Assembly: GCF_028641065.1 (NCBI RefSeq)
Contig: NC_073403.1
Coordinates: 13,020,001 to 13,084,000, forward strand
Origin: Leucoraja erinacea
Taxonomy: Eukaryota
Direction: 5' to 3'
Length of the DNA stretch: 64,000 nt
Each line of letters starts with the position of its first letter. The stretch's first letter is position 1. Positions 50,828 to 63,697 of this stretch are shown here, piece by piece. The notes below the pieces were generated by a model that made no database searches, was not told where the DNA came from, and saw only the letters and a program-made list of their open reading frames with translations. Made by a program: the position numbers and the translations under genes.

Positions 50828-51285
50828 AATAATAATAATAATACATTTTATTTACCGGCGCCTTTCAAGAGTCTCAAGGACACCTTACAAAAATTTAGCA
50901 GGTAGAGGAAAAACATGTAAGGGGAATGAAATAAATAGTAGAGACACGACTAGTACACAAAGTAAATACAGAATTCAATACAAAACACAGTATGAGGCAA
51001 TTAATGCACAGATGAAAAGGGACGGCACGTGGGGCTAAGGATAGGCAGATGTGAAGAGATGGGTCTTGAGGCGGGACTGGAAATGGTGAGGGACACGGAA
51101 TTGCAGATCAGTTGGGGGAGGGAGTTCCAGAGCCTGGGAGCTGCCCTGGAGAAGGCTCTGTCCCCAAAACTGCGGAGGTTGGACTTGTGGATGGAGAGGA
51201 GACCAGCTGATGTGGATCTGAGGGACCGTGAGTGTTGGTAGGGGGAGAGGAGGTCAGTGAGATATGGGGGGGCCAGATGGAGTTT
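50828..51285 (-). mobile_element. L2-type LINE 3' fragment
   Basis: The minus strand gives GDRAFSRAAPRLWNSLPQLIC....FQSRLKTHLF, with a (tat)n tail. Confidence 0.75.
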
Positions 51286-52579
51286 AACTTCTTACATAGG
51301 GATGCCATTCACAGGGTATAGGATGGAAAGCCAAAGCAGATCAGGCAATGGTCATTCTGTGCTTTAAAAAAAAAAAGTCAATTTATGAAACGTGTTTCAT
51401 GACCACAGCCAGTTAAATATTTTTAATTTGTTCAGCAACGATTGCCCAAAAGAAAAGGAATGTTGAACATTCGATATGATTTCAGATGAAGGGGAGAGTC
51501 CCCACCCTTCAACCGAATCAGGAGGAGTTTGGCACTTCTTCATCTCAGTGAAATGTATAACATTCACTAGAGACTTGAAGGGCAAGTTCAGGGTTGATAT
51601 TTCCCTTGGCTGGGGTGTCTGGAACTAGGCATCAAAGTCTAAAAGCAGGGACAGAGATGAGAAGAAATTTCTTCACTCTGGGGCAATGAATATTTAGAAT
51701 ATTTAGAATTATCTACACAAGAAAGGGCAGACACTGAGTATATTCAAGAGAGTGATCAATGTTTTTTGAATATTAGTGAATATGGGGTTAGTGTAGGAAA
51801 GCGGCACTGAGGTAAATGATCTTATTGAACGGTGGAGCAGGCACAAGGGACCGAATGACATTCTCCTGCTGCTTCTTCCTTTACTCCAATGTTCTTTGAA
51901 ATAGACCAAGGGGTCATTTGCATTCTCTTGCACACATTAAATAAAAATGTGATCAAAATGCATCATCCATCAATGAAACCAAGCCGCTGGGGATTAAGTG
52001 GCACAGGATTAAACTAGCAGAGTATTGTTCCATGTTCAAGGCTGCAAAACTCAAATTACTTTGCTCTTTATTTACTTCCGCTGGAAAAATACCAGTTAGA
52101 AGCAATTAAATTACCCAACTCGAACTATTGAATAATTTGATGACAAAATAGCATTCATAAACCAAATCTAGTTAATTGATAAATGTAAAGCATTTATATA
52201 GTCAAGAGGTGCATGGATAAGAAAGAACGGGCAAATGGGACTAGTTTAGACAGGACATCTTGGTCAACGTGAACAAGTTGGATTGAAGAACCTGTTTCCG
52301 TGCTGTATCTCTATGAAGTAATAAGAGGATTTCAAGGTATGGGCGCGGAGTTTAGAAAAGGTAATGTTACTCAGCCTTTCAGGGTACAGTTCCACAGTTC
52401 ACGGCTGGTAGTGTTTTGATCAGAGGGAACTTCATGCGGTTTTTAAAGTTAGGGGATGTTTTTTGCATTTACCATTCAGGGAGCGAAGGACAGATAGAAG
52501 ATGAGAGACACAAATTGCTGGAGTAACTCAACGGGTCAGGCAGCATCTCTGGAGAAAATCATGGTGTAATGAGGATATT

Positions 52580-53350
52580 GTGACTCAGCGATGGGTCAGA
52601 TAGAGTCTTTGGGAGGACATGGAGTTCAATGTGGGAAAGTATGAGGTGATGGGAAACCAAAAAGCTACTATCTGAATGGATTTGAACCGCAAATAAATGA
52701 AGTCCTGAGGGACCTAGGTATTTTTGTTCATGAATCACTAAAAGTTGGCAAGGAACAAGAGGTTAGGAGTGTATGTGGTATATTGGTCTATTGCAAAAGG
52801 GTTGGTGTTTAGAAAAGGGGAAGTTATGTCACAATTGTACAGGGTTTTGGTCAGTCACATCTGGAGTACAGCATAGTGTTGGTCATTTTAACAGGAGGCA
52901 TTCTAAAAGAGATTCAACAGGCTAATTCTTAGGATTAGAGGGTTCTAAAGAGAAACTGAACAGGTTGGTTCTGCAAAGGTTGGCGTTGAAGAATGAAGGG
53001 TGAAACATAAAACTCTAAAATGGCTTGACAGGGTAAATATTGGTATATATCCACAAGTGAGAGAATCCTGGCCCAGGGGACTTAGTTTCAAGATATGGGC
53101 TGGTTCTTTAAAACTGAGAAATGTAGGGAATTATTCTTGCAGTGGGTAATGAATCTCTGGAAATCTCTGCCAGAGTTGTGGACACCAGCATACTGGAAGT
53201 ATTTAACCATACATTGCTTTGGAGAAATTAGCAAAATTGAGGGCTCTGGGGATCTGACAGAGGAGAAGTTGAGAACTGCCACAGTTCATGTTGAATAGAA
53301 GGGCAAGATTCAAGGGCTTGGTGGTTGACTCCTGCTCATATTTTCTTATG
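52580..53350 (+). mobile_element. Old CR1 ORF2 3' remnant
   Basis: MEFNVGKYEVM, RDLGIFVHESLK, QLYRVLV.HLEY and FFLQWVMNLWKSLP traces. Confidence 0.7.
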
Positions 53351-53464
53351 TTCTTATGTTCATCCTCCTGCAGAGGGTGCAGGATTCATCTGCATCGTCA
53401 TCTGAAGGAGGATCCTCTGCATATACTCCACACAGGATCTGTGGAGATCCTCTCTCCACAGTGA

Positions 53465-54215
53465 GGGAAGATCTGACGATCCACGATCCTGTCTTCATTG
53501 ATGGGCTGATAGTGCAGAGTGTCAATAACTTCAAGTTCCTGGGCGTGCCTATCTTTGAGGCATTGTCCTGGACCCAGCATATTGATGCAACCATGAAGAA
53601 AGCCCATCCATGCCTCTACTTCCTGTGAGGATTGTGAAGATTCAGTGTGTCAACGGATACTGTCTCGAAATTCTACAGTAGAGAACACACAGTATTAACT
53701 GGTTGCATCATGGCCTTATTCGGCAACCCAGACACAAAGGAGCAAAAGAGATGACAAGGAGTGGTGGACACAGCCCAGGCTCTCGTGGGTACTGACCTCC
53801 CCATGATTAAAAGGATCAATAAGTGGTGCTGGATCAGAAAAGCAGCTAATATCATCAAAGACCCACACCACCCTGGCAATGCTCTCATTTTACTCCCACC
53901 ATTGGGAACAGGGTATAGGAAGCTAAACTTGACAACCAAGTTCAAGATTAGATTCTTCTCAACAACCATCAGGCTCTTCAACACTCACAACACTAACCTT
54001 AACTGTGAATTGCAGACTGTCTTTGCTTGTACTAAGGACTTTGGGGTATTTCACACTAGTATGGGTGTTATTAATGTATAGAATGTTTGTTATATATTAT
54101 CTGTGTAGTGCATTTACATGGCCCGTTGTACTACTGCAAGTAAGAATTTTATCAATTAAAATTCTTACTTGCAGTAGTACAACGGATCATAAGATAATGA
54201 AACACTCTTGACTTT
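53465..54215 (+). mobile_element. Rex1/Babar-like LINE 3' fragment
   Basis: PVFIDG..VQSVNNFKFLGV.I...LSWTQHIDATMKKAH..LYFL and RKAANIIKDPHHPG..L.LLP.G.GYR..FFSTTIRL. Confidence 0.8.
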
Positions 54216-55189
54216 TGATTCTCTTGTGGGGCTGACAGGAGATGAGTCTTGATTAGGTCAGCATTTGTAGAGGAGTGCTGGATGACTGGAGTGACATGTC
54301 CTGGTGGGGGAAATCAGAGCTGGTCCAGGACATTAAATCATTTGTGACGAAAGGACACAAAATGCTGGAGTAAATCAGTGGGTCAGGCAGCATCTCTGCA
54401 GGATGTGGATAGGTGACGTTTCAGGTCAGGATCCTGCTTCAGACTTTTCTGAATGATTTGTGACCATAGGTTAAATTGACTTTTAATTGTATAATGCTCA
54501 AATAAAAGCACTATGCACTCCAATTTCCAGACACTATTCTTCTATCCTCCCAGCTAAATTAAACATTTATTATTCAATTGGTTAGGCAGGTTTGTTTGCT
54601 CAGGCAGTTCTGCCGAGTGCAATCATCTCCACATACAAACAGCCTTGTACAAACAGTTAATTTACAATAGCTAAACTTCCATTCCTATGGCATAATAAGG
54701 CCAAGAGGAACAAATAATTTACAGATTCTTTTTACCTCTTTTATTTGATGTTAAAAAGTAATTTTATGAGCTGATTAATATTGATAAGATTCAATGTATT
54801 ACTAAATCCTCAAATAGCAGTTGAACACCACCAGACTAGGCACTTCAGGTTAAAATCCACTCACTTAACTAAGTTTTTAATGAAGGATCAAGTCTCAGTC
54901 ACAGTTTTGTGCCACAGAATCTATATTGTTGGAGCTTGTATGAGTGAAGATGAGCATGACATTTTTGTGCATGTATAAGATCAGGGGGTAGATGCTGAGA
55001 GTGTCCCAGTAGACTGTCAGTCGGTAGGTTTTCAGCATTGCTTGGAAGGGATTTGTGGTGCAGCATTCACCTGAAGTAAACGTAATGCCTTGAGTTATGC
55101 AATTGTTCACAGACTGTCAAAAACAAGCGACGTGTCTGAAAACACAATGACAACCAATGCCACACAGAAGTATCCCAGGCAACGTTTAT

Positions 55190-55840
55190 GTGTGGGGGTA
55201 TGTTGGTTGCAGTGGGTGGATATGATAGGTGAGGAGGGGCAAGAGGAGGTGGAGTGCGTGGGCTTGGGTGCTGGTGGCAAGTGGCTTTGGTGGGCAGGGG
55301 GACATGGTATGGGGTGGATTGGAGTTTGGTGGAGTGAAAAGATGTGGGAAAAGGCACTGTGGGGAATAGGCGGTGTGGGTTGGAAGAATGCAATGACTTG
55401 GGAAGAAAGGTGGGCTGTTTTGAGGTGAATTGGAATGGAGTCATCTGGATTAAAGTTAGGGAAGAAGGAATGTTATGGATTGGAATGTAGTAGGTGAGGG
55501 TCGGTATGAAGGATGTTATGTGGAGATATGAGCTGGGGTACAATGGGATAGGATGGGGAGTGTTTGGGGGTGTGGTGGGTACTTTGGGACAATGCGGGTA
55601 GGGTTTGAGGTGTGGCGGGGTAGGGTGTTGTGGGATTCAATGGCAGATGTTGAGTGCAGAGAGGGTAGGGCTGATCTTGGGTACATTAGGGTGTGCTTGT
55701 GTGAGGTTGAGAGGAATGGAGTGAAATAGTGTACTTGGCTGGTATGGGATGTAATGAAGTGAGTTTGTAGTGGATTCTAGAAGGATGGATGGGAAGAGAC
55801 AAGGTGGGGATTTTGTTGTTTTGAGTAGGAAGCAAAGTAC
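55190..55840. repeat. G/T/A-rich low-complexity tract (C-poor on + strand)
   Basis: Strong G skew; explains ORFs 55067-55543 and 55090-55428. Confidence 0.75.
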
Positions 55841-56107
55841 TGAGAAACCATGTAACCCATGTAGCCCAGTTAACTGTTGAATAAACAGGTCCCCAGACAT
55901 CAGTTTTAATTTCAAAGTTGTGACTTGGTTAGTAATCATTGGTTGCCTTATAATAGAATTTTAACAATGCTAAAGCTCTATAAATCAGTTATTATTATAT
56001 TCGTCCACAACTCGGGAATAAACCAGTTAGGAAATGCAATGCTGAATTATTCAAATAACTTGACGATGAGGGGTTTAACTAAGTAAGTTGAAAGGTTGGA
56101 CAATTTG

Positions 56108-56308
56108 GGGACACAAAGAACTGCAGGTGCTAGTTTAAAACAAATGACAGAAAGTCATCAAGTATCTCAGTGGGTCAAGCAGCATCTCTGGAGAACATAG
56201 ACTGGTGACATTTCGGGTTGGGAAGGGTTCCGACCCGAAACATCACCTGTTCATGTTCTCCAGAGATGCTGCCTAACCCGCTGGGTTATTCCAGCACTTT
56301 GTGTCTAT
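56108..56308. mobile_element. Palindromic PLE terminal-repeat insertion, diverged
   Basis: Arms around ggtgacatttcgggttgggaagggttccgacccgaaacatcacc. Confidence 0.7.
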
Positions 56309-57857
56309 ATTTGAATAAGGTGCAGATGCCTTTAGACCAGAGCAAGTTAAAAGGAAATTATATATATTTTCAAAATAATGAAGAGTTTTTGAAAGAATAA
56401 ACAGAAACAAACTATTTGCCTTGGCAGGTCTGTCAGTGGCACATGTGCGGTTTTAAGATAATTGCCAATAAAACCAGGAGGGAGATGTGAATTGATAATA
56501 ATCTGGACTGTGATGAAGAGGTGGTGAAAGCAGATTCCATGCTTTCAAAACATTTCCAAAAGGGAGTTTCAAACATGAAAGTATCATTTGTCGGTTGTGA
56601 AGAAAGAATGGCAGACTGGGGCTGATTAGATCGCTCCAACAAACATCTGGTGTAATGGGGCAAATCTGCCTCACAGACTGCAGGAGACCAAGCTGGTTTC
56701 AGTTTCAGCGATCATGAAATAGTTAGAACCACAATCAACTGCAGACAACAAAATTATGGTGCTTAATACAGTTGAGAAGTTACCTTCTTATTTCTCTTAC
56801 TCTAATCCTCAAACTCCAATAGACTTTATCATTCAATTTATTTCTGATCAATTTGGCTGAATTGGATGGAGATGTGATGGACATCTTAATAGTGAACCAT
56901 GTCCAGTAGTTAAGTCATACCATTAGGCTGGGCATAACACTGGCAATTTGAACTCAAAGCAGGCCCATCAAGTAGCGCTTGCTCTAAAGGGTAGAGCACT
57001 TCACTCTGCCTGCTTATTTTGTTCCTGGCTGTTTGAAATAAACAAAGCCAAAACATAATATGCAGAAATGAACATCCAATATTCTAGACATGCTCATCTG
57101 TGAGTTTTTGAAAATAGGCATTGTCTGTGGATGTCTGAGGTCTCTAGACTCGGAATACACACACATATAAATCAAGGAACTAAATAAATCCTATATGATC
57201 TTACCTAACCTCAGTACCACCACATGGAGAATCTCTCTCACTATAGACTGAGCAGCTAATGGTGTCTTAAATAATGTCTGTCTGAAGAAGTGTCCTCACC
57301 CAAAACGTGTCTGTCCATTTCTTCCACAAATGCTACCAGACCCATTGAATTCCTCCAGTATTTCATCTTTTGCTCAAGCTTCCAGCACCAGCACTTCCTT
57401 GTGTCTCAGTGTCTTAAATTAAATTGGTTCATGTCAAATTTAAGCTTTTCTTTTGACATGGATGCCCACAATGTGAATTAATTAACTTGTTCTTGACAAG
57501 TCAATGCAATAGTTAATGCACTAGCAACTATTTATAACTTATTAAATCATAACTTAAAGCTATATCTGACTTGTCAATAGGCGCAAGCAGGCATATTCAA
57601 AGTTGTCTAAAGAATAATAAATCATTAACGTAAACACTGGCTGAAGAAATATTTAAGAGATGCAATTTAATATAGGTATTCATTAGCATGATATGATTTT
57701 AAGCATTCATTTTATCTGCGATTTTGGATGATTAAAAATGATGAGATTTATAAAGGGTTAGATCCCTAAACTGCTGATAAGCTAATTGCATGAAATAACA
57801 TATTTTTTAATCAGCTGCATATGAATGAATAAGATTATTGGCCAAGTATATATGTAT

Positions 57858-58514
57858 GCATGCGAATGGTATGTTGGCATTCATAGCAAAGGAATTTGAG
57901 TATAGGAGCAGGGAGGTTCTACTGCAGTTGTACAGGGTATTGGTGAGACCACACCTGGAGTATTGTGTACAGTTTTGGTCTCAACATCTGAGGAAAGACA
58001 TTCTTTCCATAGAGGAAGTACAGAGAAGGTTCATCAGACGGATTCCTGGGATGTCAGGACTTTCATATGAAGAAAGACTGGATAGACTCGGCTTGTACTC
58101 GCTAGAATTTAGAAGATTGAGGGGGGATCTTATAGAAACCCACAAAATACGCAAGGGGTTGGACAGGCTAGATGCAGGAAGATTGTTCCCGATGTTGGGG
58201 AAGTCCAGGACAAGAGGTCACAGTTTAAGGATAAAGGGGAAATCCTTTAGGACCGAGATGAGAAAAACATTTTTCACACAAAGAGTGGTGATTCTCTGGA
58301 ACTCTCTGCCACAGAAGGTAGTTGAGGCCAGTCCATTGGCTATATTTAAGAGGGAGTTAGATGTGGCCCTTGTGGCTAAAGGGATCAGGGGGTATGGAGA
58401 GAAGGCAGGTACAGGATACAGAGTTGGATGATCAGCCATGATCATATTGAATGGCGGTGCAGGCTCGAAGGGCCGAATGGCCTACTCCTGCACCTATTTT
58501 CTACTTTTCTATGT
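57858..58514 (+). mobile_element. Young 5'-truncated CR1 LINE with an open ORF2 C-terminus
   Basis: ORF 57838-58431: ANGMLAFI..YRSREVLLQLYRVLVRPHLEYCVQFWS..SRTRGHSL..FFTQRVV; typical tail. Confidence 0.95.
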
Positions 58515-59200
58515 ACACAAACAAGGAATTTACCTTGGTGCTCCGCTCGCTAGTAACCACACGATATATAGTAATGATTAAGAATGACACAATTGAATGA
58601 CACAATAAGAATGACAATTAAGTTCATATAGTAACAATTAAGAATGACACATAAAACATTAAACATTAATAATAAAACATTACAATTTAAACATGTGAAT
58701 TAAATATCAGAGCAAAACAAGGATACAGACTTTTGGTTATTGAGTAGAGCTACTTCACGTAGAACAAAGCTGTTTTTATGTCTGGCTGTGGTAGCTTTGA
58801 CAGTCCGGAGTCGCCTTCCAGATGGAAGTGATTCAATGAGTTTGTGGCCAGGATGAGAGAAGTCAGAGATAATATTACCCGCTCACTTCCTGGCCCTTGC
58901 AGTGTACATACAGTTCATCAATGGGGGGAAGGTTGCAGCCAACAACCTTCTCAACTGATCGAACGATTCGCTGCAGCCTCCGGATGTCGTGCTTAGTGGC
59001 TGAGCCAAAGCAGACCATGATGGAGGAGGTGAGGAGAGACTCTACGATGGCCGTATAGAATTGGACCATCATTGCCTGTGGCAGATTGTGTTTCCACAGC
59101 TGCTGCAGGAAGTACATCCTCTGTTATGCCTTTTTGACTGTGGAGTAGATGGTGTTCCCCCCCCATTTCAGGGATATGGAGATGATGGTTCCAAGGAAAT
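58515..59200 (-). mobile_element. Rex1/Babar-like LINE 3' fragment
   Basis: ORF 58875-59117 (MYFLQQL..FYTAIVESLLTSSI.V.FGS..RRLQRIVRS.EK.VG..LP) and upstream FLGTIIS. Confidence 0.85.
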
Positions 59201-61440
59201 TAAATTTGGGGAGGGAGAAGTGTAGATCGAAGGTGTCAGTGTTGCAGTTGAATAAAGGGGACTATGGGACCATGAGGGAGGAGCTGGCCAAAGTTGACTG
59301 GAAAGATACACTAGCAGGGATGGCAGTGGAACAAAAATGGCAGGTATTTCTAGGAATAATACAGAAGGTGCAGGCTCAGTTCATTCCTAGGAGGAAGAAA
59401 GATTCCATGGGGAGAAAGGGACGACCATGGTTGACAAGGGACGTCAGGGACAATATAAAAATTAAAGCGAAGAAGTACAACATAGCAAAGATGAGCGGGA
59501 AGCAAGAGGATTGGGTAATGTTTAAAGAACAACAGAAAATAACCAAAAAGACAATACGTGAAGAAAAGATGAGGTACTAAGGTAAGCTAGCCAAGAATAT
59601 AAAGCAGGATAGTAAAAGCTTATTTAGGTATGTGAAGAGGAAAAAATTAGTTAAGACCAAAGTTGGACCCTTGAAGACCGAAAAAGGTGAATTTATTATG
59701 GGGAACAAGGAAATGGCAGATGAGTTTGCCAGGCACTTTGGATCTGTCTTCACTGGGGAGGACACAAACAATCTTCCTGATATAGTAGTGGACAGAGGAT
59801 CTGGGGTGACGGAGGAACTGAAGGAAATCCACATTAGGCAGGAAATGGTGTTGGATAAACTAATGGGGCTGAAGGCTGATAAATCCCCAGGGCCTGATGG
59901 TCTGCATCCCATGGTACTTAAGGAAGTGGCTCTAGAAATCGTGGATGCATTGGTGATAATTTTTCCAATGTTCTATAGACTCAGGATCAGTTCCTGTGGA
60001 TTGGAGGGTAACTAATGTTATCCTACTTTTTAAGAAAGGGGGAGAGAGAAAACAGGGAATTATAGACCAGTTAGCCTGACATCGGTGGTGGGGAAGATGC
60101 TGGAGTCAATTATAAAAGATAAGATAGCCGGACATTTGGATAGCAGTAACAGGATCGGTCCGAGTCAGCATAGATTTACGATGGGGGAAATCATGCTCGA
60201 CTAATCTTCTGGAATTTTTTGAAGATGTAACTAGGAAAATTGACAAGGGAGAGCCAGTGGATGTAGTGTACCTGGACTTTCAGAAAGCATTTGATAAGGT
60301 CCCACATAGGAGATTAGTGGGCAAAATTAGGGCATATGGTATTGGGGGTGGAGTGCTGACATGGATAGAGAAGTGGTTGGCAGACAGGAAACAAAGAGTA
60401 GGGATTAACGGGTCCCTTTCAGAATGGCAGGCGGTGACTAGTGGGGTACCGCAAGGCTCGGTGCAGGGACCTCAGCTGTTTACAATATACATCAATGATT
60501 TGGATGAAGGGATTCAAAGTAACATTAGTAAATTTGCAGACGACTCAAAGCTGAGTGGCAGTGTGAACTGTGAGGAGGATGCTATGAGAATGCAGGGTGA
60601 CTTGGACAGGTTGGGGGAGTGGGCAGATGCATGGCAGATGAAGTTTAATGCAGATAAATGTGAGGTTATCCAGTTTGGTAGCAAAAACAGGAAGGCAGAT
60701 TACTATCTAAATGGCGTCAAGTTGGGAAAAGGGGAAGTACAATGGTATCTGGGGGTCCTTGTACATCAGTCTATGAAAGTAAGCATGCAGGTACAGCAGG
60801 CAGTGAAGAAAACGAATGGCATGTTGGTCTTTATAACAAGAGGAATCGAATATAGGAGCAAAGAGGTCCTTCTGCAGTTGTACAGAGCCCTAGTGAGACC
60901 ACACCTGGAGTATTGTGTGCAGTTTTGGTCCCCTAATTTGAGGAAGGACATTCTTGCTATTGAGGGAGTGCAGCGTAGGTTTACAAGGTTCATATGCTGA
61001 GAGAATGCAGCAGCTGGGCTTGTACACTCTGGAGTTTAGAACGATGAGAGGGGATCTCATTGAAACATATAAGATTGTTAAGGGCTTGGACACGCTAGAG
61101 GCAAGAACCATGTTCCCGATGTTGGGGGAGTCCAGAACCAAGGGCCACAGTTTAAGAATAATGAGTAAGCCATTTAGAATGGAGATGAGGAAACACTTTT
61201 TCTCACAGAGAGTGGTGAGTCTGTGGAATTCCCTGCCTCAGAGGGCAGTGGAGGCAGGTCCTCTGGATGCTTTCAAGAGAGAGCTAGATAGGGCTCTTAA
61301 AAATAGTGGAGTCGGGGGATATGGGGAGAAGGCAGGAACTGATTGGGGATGATCAGCCATGGATCACATTGAATGGCGGTGCTGGCTCGAAGAGCCAAAT
61401 GGCCTACTCCTGCACCTATTGTCTATTGTCTATTATCTAT
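59200..61440 (+). mobile_element. CR1 LINE, 5'-truncated ~2.2 kb, reverse-transcriptase pseudogene
   Basis: KSPGPDGLHP, NYRPVSLTS, VYLDFQKAFDKVPH, SGVPQGSV.GPQLF.IYINDL, KFADD and LVRPHLEYCVQFWSP, with several frameshifts/stops and a (ctattgt)n tail. Confidence 0.97.
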
Positions 61441-62967
61441 GAACACAAGCTCACCAACCTGATTCCCCCCTGCTCATACTGACCCCTAAGCCCTTCTGAC
61501 CAAAACCCCTTCAGAAGTCAATCTTCCTTGACCTCATCTTCTCAACCTCAAATCCTCCTACCCTCTACCCCACAAACCTGAACCCCAACATGCCCTGAAG
61601 ATGCCTTACCTTTGTCCACAGTCCACCCAAACCTGACCAACTGCAAGGAAAGCAAATGTCAATACTTAATGCACAGAGGGCAGCACTGAATAATCTCCCG
61701 CAGTCAAGCTGTCAGTGGTGGATCAGAGCGGAGCAGGGTTAAGTGTGACGGAGATAGAACCAATGTTTTCCCATGATTGTATCAGTGGGTGCAATTACAT
61801 TTTGGAATCATTTCCTTGGCAACACTTAGTGAATCCAAAGTGCGTGCCAATTTCACAATTATCTTTTGTAAGCAGAATGACAAACATCTCCAACACGACA
61901 ACCAATTGCTGTTTCTCAGTATGTATTAATTCTATCACAGAATATATATGATTTGGCGATCTGTGAAAGTCACCCTGACTCCCAGTTAGTAGATTAGGAC
62001 ATTTAGAGTAACACTTTATCCTGCAAATACAAATATAAAGATAAATGTGTGCTGAATGGCCAGTATCATAATGTATCAGGGATCGGTGCTAAATTTAACA
62101 TGGAAATGTTACAGCACTGAGGGAGGCCATTCGACTCATTAAATGTCCTGACCTGAAACACTGTTACCATCCCTCCCCACAGATGTTGCCTGGCCCGCTG
62201 AGTTCCTACAGCAGTTTGTTTATGTGCAATACTAATGTAGTTGTCCCTCTACCCAACCTTCTCCCAAGAGAGTAGTAATTATTTCCTTTTGAAGTGTTTA
62301 GTCAGTTCTTAGTGAGCATCACAATTGGAGTCAAAGTCATGCAGCACAGAAACAGCCCCTTTGGCCCAATCCACCTATGCTGAACAAGTTGCCTATCTAA
62401 GCTAGCACAATTTTCCTGTGTTTGACTCGTATCCCTCTTTTCTATCACATGGTTAATTTTCTATCCACACTGTTAAAGCAACAATTCCGTGGCCTTCAAT
62501 TGAATTTGCCTCCACTATTCCCCTTGAGAATCCTAAACTTTCTCCGTGTAAAAAATAATCTTTCCTCCATTATTTCTTATATTTTTCCACTCATTTTTAT
62601 TTTTGTCCTCTGGTTTCTGATCCTTCATTGGGAATGGTTTCACACTGTCTACTGTGTCTCACCTTTCATGGCATTACACACCTCCTTCTGATCTTATATT
62701 CCTAAGAGGACAATTCCAGCTTTTCCAGTCCCTCGCTGAAACTAAAGTCCCTCTTCCCCAGAAACATTCTTGCAAATTTCTTCAGCACCCTCTCAAGAGC
62801 CTTGACGTTTATCCTACAATCCAGCACCCAGTATATACACTAGACTAAGTGGGACCCGTTGGGTCCCATGTTCACACGGAATTGCTGGTCCCCCAACGCA
62901 ATATTCCACCTCACTCACTCACAGCTGGTGGGCTGGCAGTTGACTCATGACTATTCCTTGAAATTCC

Positions 62968-63320
62968 TTTTTAAGCAGGGTGCAAGAACACCAAATTCTA
63001 ATCCATGTTACTACCACTTTGAGCAGGGTGCAAGGCAACCAAATTCAAGTGCAGTTTCCAACCACTTCAAGCAGGGTGCAAGGCCACCGAATTCAAATGC
63101 AGTTTCATAACACTTTCAGCAGGGTGCAAGGCCACTAAATTCAGTGCAGTTTCATACCACTTCAAGCAGGATGTAATGCCACCAAATTCAAGTGCAGTTT
63201 CATTCCACTTCAAGCAGGGTGCAAGGCCACCAAATTCAAGTGCAGTTTTATTCCATTTCAAGCAGGGTGCAAGGCCTCCAAATTCAAATGCAGCTTCATA
63301 CCATTTCATGCAGGGTGAAA
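62968..63320. repeat. 48-bp minisatellite, about 8 units (ttcaagcagggtgcaaggccaccaaattcaagtgcagtttcataccac)
   Basis: The gcagg core falls at 62975, 63023, 63071, 63119, 63166, 63214, 63262 and 63310. Confidence 0.92.
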
Positions 63321-63697
63321 CCACCATAAAACCACACAAAACACCAAACTCACACTTCAGTAGACATTCAGTGTGTTCAGTTGATTCACAGCTCAGACAG
63401 AGTCGTGACCTCTCGCTCCCCCATCATGCAGAGACTGAGCCACACCCACACTTCCTGGTTTTATAACCCCTCCCCCCCCCCCCCCCCCACCGGAAAAGGT
63501 GTGGCTTTCATGGAGTGATTGTCAGGAGAGAGATTCTCAACATTTAAAAAAAAACTAATAACACTTTTACTTTTCATTGATGGGAAGAATTCTCTGCACC
63601 AGCTCAGCGGAGGGGGACTGAGTAAGATGGCCAAAAATCACAGCCGTAAGTGTAGCGTTTTATCTAAAATCAATATACAGTGCAAACAGGAAGTAAG

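Noticed and set aside
60257-61000. 247-aa reverse transcriptase ORF as a functional gene
   Set aside because: It is a fragment of a 5'-truncated CR1 with flanking frameshifts and stops, a very common genomic fossil.
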